A stretch of DNA of 64,000 bases, taken from an uncultured Acidobacteriota bacterium (GTDB lineage: Bacteria > Acidobacteriota > Polarisedimenticolia > J045). A program made the position numbers and the translations under genes. This document shows, piece by piece, positions 41,919-52,288 of this stretch; position 1 is the first letter of the stretch, and each line of letters starts with the position of its first letter. Under the pieces are notes generated by a model. It searched no databases. It was given only the letters and a program-made list of their open reading frames with translations, and had not been told where the DNA came from. Where the stretch lies: contig CAVPCQ010000020.1 of NCBI GenBank assembly GCA_963702425.1, positions 1 to 64,000 of the forward strand, written 5' to 3'.

Positions 41919-42478
41919 CCGCGGGTCCCGGCCGGTCCTCCCGCCCCTTCTCCCGCCTCGGAGGCCGAGACCGGAAGGTGGATGCGGGGCGACTCCTTGG
42001 TGCTCGAGAGGACGACGACGGTTTCGGTCCCGCGCACGCCGGGGAGCGCGTTGAACCGGTCGAGGATCAGGAGCTGGAGCGAGCGACGGTCGGGGACGCG
42101 GACCTTGAGGAAGCAGGTCGCGTTGCCGGTCACGCGGTGGCATTCCTGCACCTCGGCCATCTCGGCGACTTCATCGAGGAAACGCTGCTCGTGGCGCGGG
42201 TGCTCGATGAAGACCTGGACGAACGCGAGCAGGTCGCACTGGGCCTTCTCGGGATCCAGCAGGGCGGCATATCCCCGAACGACTCCCGAGCGCTCGAGCT
42301 TCTTGATCCGCTCGTGGACCGCAGCCGCCGAGAGGTTGATCGCCTTGCCGATCTCCGCGCGCGAGCAGCGCGCATCACGTTGGAGGATCTCGAGAATCGC
42401 GCGATCGACCGCGTCCAGCCGAGGAGGTTCGGAAGGAGGGGTAAGGGAACCAAACATCGTTTTGCCGGGACTAGTCAT
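41915..42478 (-). CDS. Lrp/AsnC family transcriptional regulator
   Basis: LDAVDRAILEILQRDAR HTH, ECHRVTG, ETVVVLS; ATGA overlap with lat; alternative ATG at 42457. Confidence 0.92.
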   Translation of the reverse strand: MTSPGKTMFGSLTPPSEPPRLDAVDRAILEILQRDARCSRAEIGKAINLSAAAVHERIKKLERSGVVRGYAALLDPEKAQCDLLAFVQVFIEHPRHEQRFLDEVAEMAEVQECHRVTGNATCFLKVRVPDRRSLQLLILDRFNALPGVRGTETVVVLSSTKESPRIHLPVSASEAGEGAGGPAGTRG

Positions 42479-42544
42479 GGGAGAATAATATCTCCCGGAG
42501 CCGCCCCCCGGCAAGATGATCTTAATCGCACTTCGCCGCCTGTT

Positions 42545-45001
42545 TCAGGCCCCCTCTGGAGCTCCGAAGGCCCGCATCGACTCCGCCATCTCCCTCAGGC
42601 GTTCGTCGACCCGCCGGCCCAGGCTCCCTTCCGGCCATTCTCCGCGGGGGTCGGGGGCACCGAGCGGCATCCGCATCAGCAGGCGGGAGAGGTCGTCCAC
42701 GGTCGAGGCGGCGTAGACCCGGAACCTGCGCCGCTCGACGTCCTCCACGACCTCGGCCTGAAGCTGCAGCGCGCTCGCCGCAGCCGCTGGGACGATCACC
42801 CCCTGCGTCCCGGAGAAGCCCCGTTCCCGGCAGACCCGCCAGAACCCCTCGACCTTCTCGTTGATCCCCCCGACCGTCAGGACCTGGCCGTGCTGGTCCA
42901 CCGCTCCGGTCAGGGCGAGGTCCTGGCGCACCGGCACGCGCCCGAGGGCGGAGAGCAGCGCGATCAGCTCGGCGCCCGACGCGGAGTCCCCTTCGACGCC
43001 GCCGTACGACTGCTCGAAGCAGGTGCTGGCCGTCACCGCCAGGGGGTGGCGCTGGGCGAACAGCGAGCGCAGGTAACCGGCGAGGATCAGCGAGGCCTTG
43101 GTGTGGATCTCGCCCGACAGCTCCGCCTCGCGCTCGATGTCGATGATCCCCGATCGCCCCGCCGCGGCGGTGGCCGTGACGCGCACCGGGTAGCCGAAGC
43201 GCTCGAGGTTGGTCTCGATCACGGCCAGCGCGTTGGCCTGACCGATCCGCTCGCCCTCGAGGTCGAGCCGCAGGGAGCCCTCGCGAATCGACTCGTGGAC
43301 CCGTCCCGACAGCAGCCCTTCGCGCTCGCGGCGGGCCACCAGCGCGCGCTCGACGTGAGCACGGGCGACGCGCGTCGCGCCGCCGTCGCGCGCGAACCAC
43401 GACGCTTCGCGCGCCAGATCGGCCAGCCAGCGGAAGCGGGTCGAGATCTTGCCGGCGCCACCCGCCACCCGGACCAGGTGCTCGAGGATCCGGCCCACCG
43501 CAGCCGCCTCGAAGGGGAGCAGCGATTCCTCCGCGCCGACCCGGCCCAGGAACCGGGCGTAGGAGAGTGCGGTCTCCGCGGTGAGCGGGATCCGTTCGTC
43601 GAAGAGCGCGGTGACCTTGAAGAGCTTCGAGAACTCCTCGTCCCCCTGCGCCATCGCGTCACGCAGCGCCGGCGTCCCGACGAGGATGACGGTCGCGGCG
43701 ATCGGGATCGGCTGCGGGACGAGCGGCGGCGGTCCGTCCCCGGCGAAGGCGGCGATCGGGGCCGCCTGGCCGGTCCGCAGGGCGCGTCGCAGGGCGGCCC
43801 AGGACCCGTCTTCGGCCAGGAGGTCGTGCGCGTTGAGCAGCAGGAAGCCGCCGTCGGCGCGCTGCATGGCCCCGCCGCGGATCCCGGCCAGATCGGCGCG
43901 CAGGCTGCCGTCGGGACCGCGCTGGGTCTCGATCGTGCCCAGCAGGCGCCCCGCGGTGGGATAGCTCTCCTCGACGATCGGCCGGCCCGTCAGCCCGGTC
44001 CGATCGACGACGACGTTGACCGCCATCGCGAGCGCCGGGCCGCGCTCGGCGATGTCGTCCCCTCCCTCCGCTCCGGCGGCCGCCTGATCACCCGCAGCGA
44101 AGGCGACCGGAACGAACTCGAGCAGGAATCCGCACACCTGCGCGAGGTAGGCGTCGAGCGGCTCGCGCTCCCCTTCGGCCACGCCGAGTGCCCCGCGCAC
44201 CTCCTCCAGCCCCGCGAGCACCACCGGCTCGGCCGCCGCACGGTCGACCGCGGCGAGCGCCTCGTCGAGCTTCTCGCCGAGTTCCTTGAGCGTCGCGCTG
44301 GTTTCGGCGAGGCGCGCCGCGAGCAGCGGGTGCTGGGCCGCCAGCCGGTCCGCCTCCTCCTGCGTAAGCTTCCCTTCCTTGACGTGGCTGGCGAGCTCGG
44401 CCAGGCCGACCGGCTGCCCCCCGACGAGTGGAGCCAGGTCGTGCAGGCGGTAGGGGCCCATCGCGACCTCGACCAGCCCGAACCCCTGCTTGGCGACCTC
44501 GGCCTGGAACTCGGCGACCACCGTGGACTGCTTGCCGCGGAGCCCCTTGGCCACCTTGTCGCGGCGCCGGCGGTGCGTTCCCGAGGCGCGCAGGGAGGCC
44601 AGGCCGTCGCGCACGCTGTCGGCCAGCGCAGACAGCCGGTCGCGGAGCACGCGCCCCTTGCCGGGCGGAAGCCGCAGCGCGCGCGGTGCGCGCGGATCGT
44701 CGAAGTTGAAGACGTAGACGATGTCGTCCGGCGCCGGGCCCTTCGCCGCCTCCTTCTCGACGACCCGCCGCACGGTGCTCGTGCGGCCGGTCCCGGGTGC
44801 GCCGGCGACGAAGACGTTATATCCGCGCGCCTCGATCCCGATTCCCAGTTCGAGCGCCGCGATCGCCCCCGGCTGGCCGCCGACGTCGTGCCCGTCCCCC
44901 GACAGCTCCGTCGTCGTCTCGAACGGCAGCCACCCGGCGGGACAGCGCCAGGCCAGCCGCGCGGGAGGGAGCAGGTACTTGTCCAGACGGGGTCGCGGCA
45001 C
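42545..45001 (-). CDS. Lon-family (LonC-type) protease, AAA-like module + S16 protease domain
   Basis: GYNVFVAGAPGTGRTS, YVFNFDDP, coiled-coil inserts, GVEGDSAS catalytic Ser, GGINEKVEG catalytic Lys. Confidence 0.88.
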   Translation of the reverse strand: MPRPRLDKYLLPPARLAWRCPAGWLPFETTTELSGDGHDVGGQPGAIAALELGIGIEARGYNVFVAGAPGTGRTSTVRRVVEKEAAKGPAPDDIVYVFNFDDPRAPRALRLPPGKGRVLRDRLSALADSVRDGLASLRASGTHRRRRDKVAKGLRGKQSTVVAEFQAEVAKQGFGLVEVAMGPYRLHDLAPLVGGQPVGLAELASHVKEGKLTQEEADRLAAQHPLLAARLAETSATLKELGEKLDEALAAVDRAAAEPVVLAGLEEVRGALGVAEGEREPLDAYLAQVCGFLLEFVPVAFAAGDQAAAGAEGGDDIAERGPALAMAVNVVVDRTGLTGRPIVEESYPTAGRLLGTIETQRGPDGSLRADLAGIRGGAMQRADGGFLLLNAHDLLAEDGSWAALRRALRTGQAAPIAAFAGDGPPPLVPQPIPIAATVILVGTPALRDAMAQGDEEFSKLFKVTALFDERIPLTAETALSYARFLGRVGAEESLLPFEAAAVGRILEHLVRVAGGAGKISTRFRWLADLAREASWFARDGGATRVARAHVERALVARREREGLLSGRVHESIREGSLRLDLEGERIGQANALAVIETNLERFGYPVRVTATAAAGRSGIIDIEREAELSGEIHTKASLILAGYLRSLFAQRHPLAVTASTCFEQSYGGVEGDSASGAELIALLSALGRVPVRQDLALTGAVDQHGQVLTVGGINEKVEGFWRVCRERGFSGTQGVIVPAAAASALQLQAEVVEDVERRRFRVYAASTVDDLSRLLMRMPLGAPDPRGEWPEGSLGRRVDERLREMAESMRAFGAPEGA

Positions 45002-45134
45002 GGGATCGTCCTCGGGGACAGGCAGGGAGATCCTAACCCCAACCCGGCGGTTTCCGGCGCGCTCCGGGCGGTACGGCCGCGGGTATGCCGGCAGGCGCGA
45101 TCCGTGTCAGCATCGTCGAGGAGCCCTCGCCGTG

Positions 45135-46334
45135 ATGCCTCGTTCCGTCGCCCGCTCGGCCGCGCTTCTCCTGGCGGCCTTTCTCGTCTGTGCCTCCGTT
45201 GGCGTCGCCGCAACGGCGAAGGTGGTCATCCTCCGGCCGGCCAAGGGAGTCTTGCTCGTCGGCTCGGTCGAGGTGGCGTTCCGGATCGACGGGGTCGATC
45301 CGTCGACGATCGAGGAGGCCACCGTCCTGCTCGACCGGCGGCCGCTCGCGCGCCTCGCCGAGCCCCCCTGGCAGGCGACCCTCGATGCCGGCGACGAGAT
45401 CGGCCGGCGCCAGCTCGACGTCGTCGTCCGGCTCGCGAACGGCACGGAACTCAAGGCCAGCCAGGTCTACGAGCCGGCGGGAGGCATCGAGGAGATCGAC
45501 GTCCGGCTGATCAGCGTCTCGTTCACCGCGCTCGACCGACGCGGACGCCCGGTGCCCGACCTCGCGGCGAGCGAGGTCGAGGTCAAGGACCAGGGGAAGC
45601 CGGTTCCGTTCGAGCGCTACCGGCACGCTGGACCGCCGCTCGACGTGGCGCTCGTGTTCGACACCTCGAACAGCATGCTCGGGGAGCGGCTGGAGGATGC
45701 GCAACGCGCGGCCATGGCCTTCCTCGAGGCGCTGCCGCCCCAGGACCAGGTCGTCGTGCTCGACTTCGGCGAGGACGTGCGGATCTCGGCAGCGCTGTCG
45801 GGCGACCGCGAGGCGGCGAAAAGCGCGGCCAAGGGCTTCAAGGCGTCGGGTGGAACGGCGCTCTACGACGCCGTGTACGAGGCTGCCAAGGCCCTGGCCT
45901 CCGGTCGCAGCGACGCGCGGCGCGTCATGGTCGTGCTGTCCGATGGACGGGACGAGGCCTCGTCCGGTCTCGAGCCGGGGTCGTTCCACACGCTCGAGGA
46001 GGCGATCCGGCAGACGCACCTGAAGGACGTCGCCCTGTTCACGCTGGGCGTCGGCAGCGCGCTCAAGCGCGACACCGACTTCACCGGGCGAATGACCACG
46101 GAGGAGGTGCTGACCCGCCTTGCCGAGTCGACCGGAGGCCGCTACCTGGCCGTGGAGCGCTCCCGGAACCTGGCCGCCGCCTACGGCGACGTCCTCGAGG
46201 AGCTGCGCCAGCGTTACGACCTCGCATTCAAGCCGGGGCCGCGCAAGCCCGGGGAATCGTGGCGCACGATCGAGGTCACGACGACCCGCCCGGGCGTGAC
46301 GCTGCGCGCCCGCCAGGGCTACTACGTCCGCTAG
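45135..46334 (+). CDS. Secreted VWA-domain protein (Ig-like N-terminus, VWFA-related type)
   Basis: Signal peptide, MIDAS DTSNSM, GGTALYDA, LSDGRD, LAESTGG, RARQGYY. Confidence 0.85.
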   Translation: MPRSVARSAALLLAAFLVCASVGVAATAKVVILRPAKGVLLVGSVEVAFRIDGVDPSTIEEATVLLDRRPLARLAEPPWQATLDAGDEIGRRQLDVVVRLANGTELKASQVYEPAGGIEEIDVRLISVSFTALDRRGRPVPDLAASEVEVKDQGKPVPFERYRHAGPPLDVALVFDTSNSMLGERLEDAQRAAMAFLEALPPQDQVVVLDFGEDVRISAALSGDREAAKSAAKGFKASGGTALYDAVYEAAKALASGRSDARRVMVVLSDGRDEASSGLEPGSFHTLEEAIRQTHLKDVALFTLGVGSALKRDTDFTGRMTTEEVLTRLAESTGGRYLAVERSRNLAAAYGDVLEELRQRYDLAFKPGPRKPGESWRTIEVTTTRPGVTLRARQGYYVR

Positions 46335-46345
46335 GGTTCGCCGGC

Positions 46346-46654
46346 TCAGTCCACCGGCGGCCCGCCCTCGCGCGTCTGGCGGTGGACCAGCACCAGGTTG
46401 CGCGCGTAGAGGATCAGCCCGGCCGCCTGGCCCAGGGTGAAGACCGGGTTGTGGATCCCGATCGCGTAGACCAACGAGACCGAGCCACCCGCGAGCGACA
46501 GCCACCAGAACGCTGTCGGCACGAGGCTGTGCTTCGCGCGTTCAGAGGCGATCCACTGCACCAGAAAGCGCGAGAAGAACATCGCCTGCCCCACGAATCC
46601 GATGGCGTCCCACGGATTGAGCGTGAACTGCCAGGGTCCCAGGTCGAGGATCAT
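46346..46654 (-). CDS. Stand-alone LAB_N (lipid A biosynthesis N-terminal) membrane protein
   Basis: IGFVGQAMFFSRFLVQWIASE..K.S.VP..FW.LSL.GG...Y.RN. Confidence 0.85.
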   Translation of the reverse strand: MILDLGPWQFTLNPWDAIGFVGQAMFFSRFLVQWIASERAKHSLVPTAFWWLSLAGGSVSLVYAIGIHNPVFTLGQAAGLILYARNLVLVHRQTREGGPPVD

Positions 46655-47409
46655 CGGCGTACCTCGTAGCGGATCCAGCGGCGCTGCAGCCAGCGCACGC
46701 CCAGCAGGTCGACGAACGCGCGCCAGGCGCGGTTGAACATGCCGTACTTGGACGTTCCGCCCTGGCGCGGACGGTGCGCGACCGCGACCTCGACCACGGT
46801 CCGGGCCCCGGCCAGCCGGCAGAGCGTCGGCAGGAAGCGGTGCATGCCGTTGAAGACCGGAAGCTCGAGCAGGAAGCGCCGGCGAAAGGCCTTCAGCGAG
46901 CAGCCAGTGTCGCGGATCGTCTCGCCCGAGAGGCCGTTGCGTACAGCGTTGGCGATCCAGCTCTGCAGGCGGCGCCAGGCGCTGTCGCGCCGCCTCTCCC
47001 GGTAGCCGGCGACGAGGTCGACGCCACCGGTCAGGGCCGTGAGCAGCTTCGGAACCTCGGCCGGCGGGTTCTGCCCGTCGGCGTCGAGGGTGACGACAAT
47101 CCCGCCGTGCGCCGCGCGGAACCCGGCGGCAAACGCGGCGCTCTGGCCGGCGTTCCGGACGAAGTGGACCACGACGAGCCGCGGATCGCTGGCCGCGGCG
47201 CGGTCGAGCCACTCCGCGGAGCCGTCGGACGAGCCGTCGTCGACGAGCACGACCTCGTAGGGCACCCCGATCGGGTCGAGGGCGGCGTGGATCTCCCCGA
47301 CGAGGGCCGGAAGGCACTCGATCTCGTTGAAGACGGGGATCACCAGCGACACCTCCGGACCCGGCGGGCCGGCAGTCGCGGCGTCCGTCGCCTTGTTCTC
47401 CCCGCTCAC
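46651..47409 (-). CDS. GT2 polyprenol-phosphate glycosyltransferase (DPM1/ArnC-like)
   Basis: VIPVFNE, VDDGSSD, NAGQSAA, LDADGQN, DTGCSLK, MHRFLP, HRPR..G.SKYG. Confidence 0.9.
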   Translation of the reverse strand: MSGENKATDAATAGPPGPEVSLVIPVFNEIECLPALVGEIHAALDPIGVPYEVVLVDDGSSDGSAEWLDRAAASDPRLVVVHFVRNAGQSAAFAAGFRAAHGGIVVTLDADGQNPPAEVPKLLTALTGGVDLVAGYRERRRDSAWRRLQSWIANAVRNGLSGETIRDTGCSLKAFRRRFLLELPVFNGMHRFLPTLCRLAGARTVVEVAVAHRPRQGGTSKYGMFNRAWRAFVDLLGVRWLQRRWIRYEVRR

Positions 47410-48104
47410 GGTTCCCGCACCCCCTTCCGATTGAACGGCCACAGGCGGCGCCAGCGACGAAAGCGCCGGAGGAAGGCGCGGTCGCGCTCGCTCAGCAGGT
47501 CCGGCGCGAACTGCTCCTTCCACTTCAGAAAGCCGCCCAGATCGACCCGACGGGCGAGTTCGAAGAACAGCCGGCGACGCCACGAGCCGGGCGGAAAGAA
47601 GGTCGCCCCCCCCCAGTCGATGATCGCGACCCGCTCCCCATCGGGCGACGCGAGGACGTTCTCGCGGCCTCGCAGGTCGTTGTGCACCACGCCCGCCGCG
47701 TGCGCCGCCAACAGGATGCGCTCGAACTCGTCCAGCGCGCGGCGCCGGGCCGGGGGGGCACAATGCTGGAGGCGCATCCCATCGACCCGTTCCATCGCGA
47801 AGGCGTCGTCGTCGAGCCGGCCGACGAGGGCCGGCACGCCCGCCAGGCCGACGAGCGACTGGAGGGCGCGCTGCTCGCGGCGCAGTTGGAACCGGCCGAG
47901 GGCGCGGCCGAGCCACGGCTTCCCAGCGAAGTCCTTCACGACCACGCGGCGCCCGTCTCCGAGCGTGGCGCTCCAGAGGTCGGCCTTCGACCAGCGCCCG
48001 TGCACGAGCCATCCCTCCCGCCGGGCCTCGAGTTCGGCGCGGCACAGCGCCGCAAGCGGGGGTCGAGGAGGTTCCGGCGGCCGCCGGTCGGGAGCCGCGC
48101 TCAT
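47406..48104 (-). CDS. Protein-kinase-like fold enzyme (RIO1/Kdo-WaaP-like)
   Basis: VVKDF, RE..AL, HNDLRGRENVL catalytic loop, IIDWG. Confidence 0.75.
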   Translation of the reverse strand: MSAAPDRRPPEPPRPPLAALCRAELEARREGWLVHGRWSKADLWSATLGDGRRVVVKDFAGKPWLGRALGRFQLRREQRALQSLVGLAGVPALVGRLDDDAFAMERVDGMRLQHCAPPARRRALDEFERILLAAHAAGVVHNDLRGRENVLASPDGERVAIIDWGGATFFPPGSWRRRLFFELARRVDLGGFLKWKEQFAPDLLSERDRAFLRRFRRWRRLWPFNRKGVREP

Positions 48105-48160
48105 CCCCTTATAATCCCCGCGCCCGGCCGTCACGGCCCGGCTGCCATGCGGGAGACATC

Positions 48161-48736
48161 ATGGGCCAACGTCCGGTCGCCAACATTCTCCGCCTCGTGT
48201 TCCTCTTCGCGGGGATCGCCGTCGTGATCTACTTCTCCACGCCGACGCCGTGGAGCGTCGCGATCGGCGTACCGCTCATCGTCTTCGGCGAGGCGGTCAG
48301 GGTGTGGGCCGCCGGCTACCTCGTCAAGACCCGCCAGCTGATCACCGGCGGGCCCTACCGCCACACCCGGAACCCGCTCTACTTCGGCCGCTTCCTGATC
48401 CTCACGGGCCTCGGGATTGCGGCCTGGCTCCCGTTCGGCCTCAACCTGGTCCTGCTCGCCGCCGGCTGGCTCGGGTTCTTCGGATACTACCTCCCGCGCA
48501 AGGAACGGATCGAGCCCGCGCGCCTCGAGGAAACCCACGGCGAGCCCTATCGCCGCTACCGGGACGCAGTCCCCGCGCTCTTCCCGCGCTGGGGCGCCTG
48601 GCCGGGAAGCGACCAGCGCTGGAAGCTCGAGAACTTCATGCGCAACCGCGAGTACATGATGATCGTCGGGCTCGGCCTGATCGCGGCGTACCTCGTGGTC
48701 CAGGCGATGCAACCATCCCCGGGACCACTGGCCTAG
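48161..48736 (+). CDS. ICMT/PEMT-family integral membrane methyltransferase
   Basis: GEAVRVWAAG, LITGGPYRHTRNPLYFG, Y..Y...VP..FP. Confidence 0.85.
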   Translation: MGQRPVANILRLVFLFAGIAVVIYFSTPTPWSVAIGVPLIVFGEAVRVWAAGYLVKTRQLITGGPYRHTRNPLYFGRFLILTGLGIAAWLPFGLNLVLLAAGWLGFFGYYLPRKERIEPARLEETHGEPYRRYRDAVPALFPRWGAWPGSDQRWKLENFMRNREYMMIVGLGLIAAYLVVQAMQPSPGPLA

Positions 48737-50652
48737 GCTTCCGGTCCGCCGGCGACCACCGAACCCGCGCCAGCCTCGGACGAAGGGGCCGCGCCGTCGA
48801 ACGGCTCCGCCTGCAGCGCGGTCATCTGCGCGTAGCGGCCGCCCTCGGCGAGCAATTCGGCGTGCGTGCCGCTCTCCACGACACGCCCCCGCTCCAGGAC
48901 GTGGATCCGGTCGGCGCCGGCGATGGTGTGAAGCCGGTGAGCGATGATCAGAGCCGTCCGGCCCTCGAGCAGCGCGTCGAGTGCGATCTGCACCGCCCGC
49001 TCCGACGTGGCATCGAGCTGCGAGGTCGCCTCGTCGAGGATCAGGATCGGCGCGTTCTTGAGGAAGGCACGCGCGATCGCCAGCCGCTGGCGCTGGCCCG
49101 ACGAGAGCTGTCCGCCGCGCTCTCCGAGCGGGGTGTCGTACCCCAGCGGCAGAGCCAGGATGAACTCCTCCGCCTGGGCGGCACGCGCAGCGACGCGCAC
49201 CTCCTCGAGCGACGCGCCGGGGCGGGCGTAGGCGATGTTGGCGAAGACCGTGTCGTCGAACAGGTGCGTCTCCTGGGCGACCAGCGTGAGCTGGTCGCGC
49301 AGCGAACGCATCGTGACGTCGCGCAGGTCGCGCCCATCGATCAGCACGCGACCGCCGGTAGGGTCGGCGAAGCGCGGCAGGAGCGCTGCGAGCGTGCTCT
49401 TTCCCGAACCCGACGGGCCGACGAGCGCGTGGCTCTCGCCGGCACCGATCGTGATCGAGACCCCTTCCAGCACCGGCCCGCGGCCGTACGTGAAGACCAC
49501 GTCCTCGAAGCGGATCGCATCCCGGAAGGCCGGCAACACCTCGGCACCCGTCTTGTCGAAGACTGCCACGGGGGCGTCGAGGATCTCGTAGACCCGGCGG
49601 GCCGCAGCCGATGCCTGCTGCACGGAATTGTTCAGGCTGGAGAGCTTGCGCACGTTGTTGAAGACCACCAGCAGGGCGACGAGCGAACGCATCAGGTCGC
49701 TGCCCGAGACTCGGCCCGCGTGCACCAGCCAGCCGGCGTAGGAAATCAGCCCGGCGCCGACGAGGATTCCCAGGAACTCCATCGAGGCCGGGGTGAGCGC
49801 CAGCACGCGCGCCACCTTCAGGTCCTGGCGCAGCATCGCCTTGAGCACCTTGCCGAAGCGGGCCAGCTCGTGGCCCACCCCGTCGAAGGCCTGCACGATC
49901 CGGCGCGCCATGAGCGTCTCGGCGATCAGCGACGACAGCCGTGCCGCCTGCTCCTGGCTGCGTCGGGTCGCCGTCTTGACCCGCTGGCCGAAGCGCGCGG
50001 CGCCGTATCCGAAGACGGGGATCGTGATCAGCGTCACCAGCGCGATCTGCCACGAGCCGACGAACGAGACCGCGAGCATGATGATCACGAGCGGGATCGA
50101 CTGCAGCGCCAGGCTGAAGTTGGAGCCGACGATCGACTGCAGCCGCGTGACATCGCTCATGATCCGCGACTGCATCTCGGCCACCCCGTGGACGCGGTAG
50201 AACTCGTCGGACTGCGAGAGCGTCTTCTCGTAGAGCCGCTGCCGCAGGTCGGCGACGATCCTCAACCCGATCCGTTGCATGCTGTAGGCGGCGAAGAAAT
50301 CGAGCAGGCACTTGATCAGGTAGAGGGCTGCGATCGCCAGCGGGATCCGCACGTAACCCCTGGCGTAGAGCCACGCCCGAACCGGTTCGAACGCGGCCTC
50401 GAGGTTGCTCCGGAGGCCCCGGGCCCAGCCGGGAACGAGCGCGTCTGCCCCCCCCGGAACCGGCGGGACCGGCGACGCCGCGCGCGCCGCGCCGCCGCCG
50501 AGTTCCTGGAACAGCGGCTTGAGCAGCCCCACCGCGCCGGCCAGCATCAGCGACGCGAGCAGCGACGCCACGGCCGCGGCGATCAGGGTCGTGCGATACC
50601 TGAGGAGCAGACGCCCCAGCCGGCCGAGGTCGCCCACGTGCGGCTCGCTCAC
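48733..50652 (-). CDS. msbA: MsbA-like ABC half-transporter (TMD + NBD)
   Basis: Multi-TM N-terminus, [28 protein letters not shown]; LPS gene neighbourhood. Confidence 0.7.
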   Translation of the reverse strand: MSEPHVGDLGRLGRLLLRYRTTLIAAAVASLLASLMLAGAVGLLKPLFQELGGGAARAASPVPPVPGGADALVPGWARGLRSNLEAAFEPVRAWLYARGYVRIPLAIAALYLIKCLLDFFAAYSMQRIGLRIVADLRQRLYEKTLSQSDEFYRVHGVAEMQSRIMSDVTRLQSIVGSNFSLALQSIPLVIIMLAVSFVGSWQIALVTLITIPVFGYGAARFGQRVKTATRRSQEQAARLSSLIAETLMARRIVQAFDGVGHELARFGKVLKAMLRQDLKVARVLALTPASMEFLGILVGAGLISYAGWLVHAGRVSGSDLMRSLVALLVVFNNVRKLSSLNNSVQQASAAARRVYEILDAPVAVFDKTGAEVLPAFRDAIRFEDVVFTYGRGPVLEGVSITIGAGESHALVGPSGSGKSTLAALLPRFADPTGGRVLIDGRDLRDVTMRSLRDQLTLVAQETHLFDDTVFANIAYARPGASLEEVRVAARAAQAEEFILALPLGYDTPLGERGGQLSSGQRQRLAIARAFLKNAPILILDEATSQLDATSERAVQIALDALLEGRTALIIAHRLHTIAGADRIHVLERGRVVESGTHAELLAEGGRYAQMTALQAEPFDGAAPSSEAGAGSVVAGGPEA

Positions 50653-51680
50653 GGGAAGAGCGCCGGGCCGCGGCCCGGCGCGAACCCGAGGTGGCGGCGG
50701 GCCCGCTCGGTCGCGCAGCGCCCGCGCGGGGTTCGCTCGAGCATCCCGATCTGGATCAGGAACGGCTCGGACACCTCCTCGAGCGTGTCCGGCTCCTCGC
50801 CGAGCGCCGCCGCCAGCGTGCCGAGACCGACCGGGCCACCCCCGTGGTTCTCGACGATGAGCGTCAGCAGCCGCCGGTCGAGCCCGTCGAGCCCGAGGCT
50901 GTCGACGCCGAGCCGCTCGAGGGCGCGGCGGGCCAGCGCGAGGTCGACCTGTCCACCCGTCTCGACCTCCGCGAAGTCACGGAGCCGACGCAACAGGCGG
51001 AGTGCGACGCGCGGGGTCCCGCGCCCGCGGGCCGCGATCTCGGCGGCAGCGTCCTCCTCCACGCGCACCTCCAGGCGCGGAGTCGCGCGCAGGACGATCG
51101 TCTGCAGGTCGGCCGGCGGGTAGAACTCGAGCCGCTCGACGATCCCGAAGCGGTCGCGCAACGGGGCGCTGAGGAGTCCGGAACGGGTCGTGGCCCCGAC
51201 CAGGGTGAAGGGCGGGAGGTCGATCCGCACCGACCGCGCCCCCGGCCCCTGGCCGATCGTCAGGTCGAGGCCGAAGTCCTCCATCGCGGGATAGAGCACC
51301 TCTTCGACGACCGTGCCGAGACGGTGGATCTCGTCGACGAACAGCACGTCTCCCGGCTCGAGGTGCGTCAGGAGCGCAGCGAGGTCGCCTGGCCGCTCGA
51401 TCGCAGGCCCGGAGGTCATGTGGAGCCGGCTCCCCAGTTCGGTCGCGATGATGTGAGCGAGGCTGGTCTTGCCGAGCCCGGGGGGGCCGGCAAGAAGGAC
51501 GTGGTCCGGGGGCTTTCCGCGACGCCGCGCCGCCTCGAGGTAGATCCCGAGGTTGTCGACCACTCGGGCCTGGCCGACGAACTCGGGCAGCGTTCGCGGG
51601 CGGAGGCTGGCCTCGTGACGCAAATCCTCGCCCGAGGCGATCGGCGTCAGCATGTCTCGTTCCATCCCCGGGTCGCTCAT
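50649..51680 (-). CDS. ruvB: Holliday junction helicase RuvB
   Basis: [39 protein letters not shown]. Confidence 0.97.
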   Translation of the reverse strand: MSDPGMERDMLTPIASGEDLRHEASLRPRTLPEFVGQARVVDNLGIYLEAARRRGKPPDHVLLAGPPGLGKTSLAHIIATELGSRLHMTSGPAIERPGDLAALLTHLEPGDVLFVDEIHRLGTVVEEVLYPAMEDFGLDLTIGQGPGARSVRIDLPPFTLVGATTRSGLLSAPLRDRFGIVERLEFYPPADLQTIVLRATPRLEVRVEEDAAAEIAARGRGTPRVALRLLRRLRDFAEVETGGQVDLALARRALERLGVDSLGLDGLDRRLLTLIVENHGGGPVGLGTLAAALGEEPDTLEEVSEPFLIQIGMLERTPRGRCATERARRHLGFAPGRGPALFP

Positions 51681-52288
51681 CGGCGGGCCCCGAGCTCGCG
51701 CAGGGCCGCGCGGACCAGGGCCGCGAGCCCCGGGCTCTTCCCCTCCGCCGGGAGGCGGGCCAGTGCCGCCTGGACTTCGGCTGGCTTGTATCCGAGATTC
51801 TCGAGCGCGCTGACCGCGTCGTGCTCCAGCGCGGAGGCGGTCCCCGTTTCCGGCGCGTTGACGGTCCCGGTCGCGCCGCCCCGCCAGTCCTTGAGCCGAT
51901 CGCGCAGCTCGAGGATCAGGCGTTGGGCGGTCTTCTTTCCGATGCCGGGCACCCCCTGGAGGACCGCGGCGCGCTCCTCATGCACCGCGCTCACCAGCTC
52001 ACCGACCGAGAGCGACGACAGCAGGGCCATCCCCAGCCGCGGGCCGATCCCCGGCACGGCCGTCAGCGTGCCGAAGAGTGCCTTCTCGTCCCGAGTCACG
52101 AAGCCGAAGAGCTGAAGGCTCTCGTTGCGCCACAGCGTCAGGACCTCGAGCTCGACAGCGTTTCCCTCGGGTGGGAGGTTCTCGAATGTGGCGAGCGACA
52201 CGGTGAGCTCATAGCCGACGCCGCCGACGTCGATGATCACCTGCGGCATCGCCCGACGCCGCATCGTGCCCGACAGATGGCCGATCAA
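51677..52288 (-). CDS. ruvA: Holliday junction branch-migration protein RuvA
   Basis: [42 protein letters not shown]; TTG start. Confidence 0.95.
   Translation of the reverse strand: MIGHLSGTMRRRAMPQVIIDVGGVGYELTVSLATFENLPPEGNAVELEVLTLWRNESLQLFGFVTRDEKALFGTLTAVPGIGPRLGMALLSSLSVGELVSAVHEERAAVLQGVPGIGKKTAQRLILELRDRLKDWRGGATGTVNAPETGTASALEHDAVSALENLGYKPAEVQAALARLPAEGKSPGLAALVRAALRELGARR

Noticed and set aside
41906-46669. 1587 aa plus-strand ORF
   Set aside because: Antisense to lrp and the Lon-like gene and out of frame with the VWA gene; a stop-poor GC artefact.
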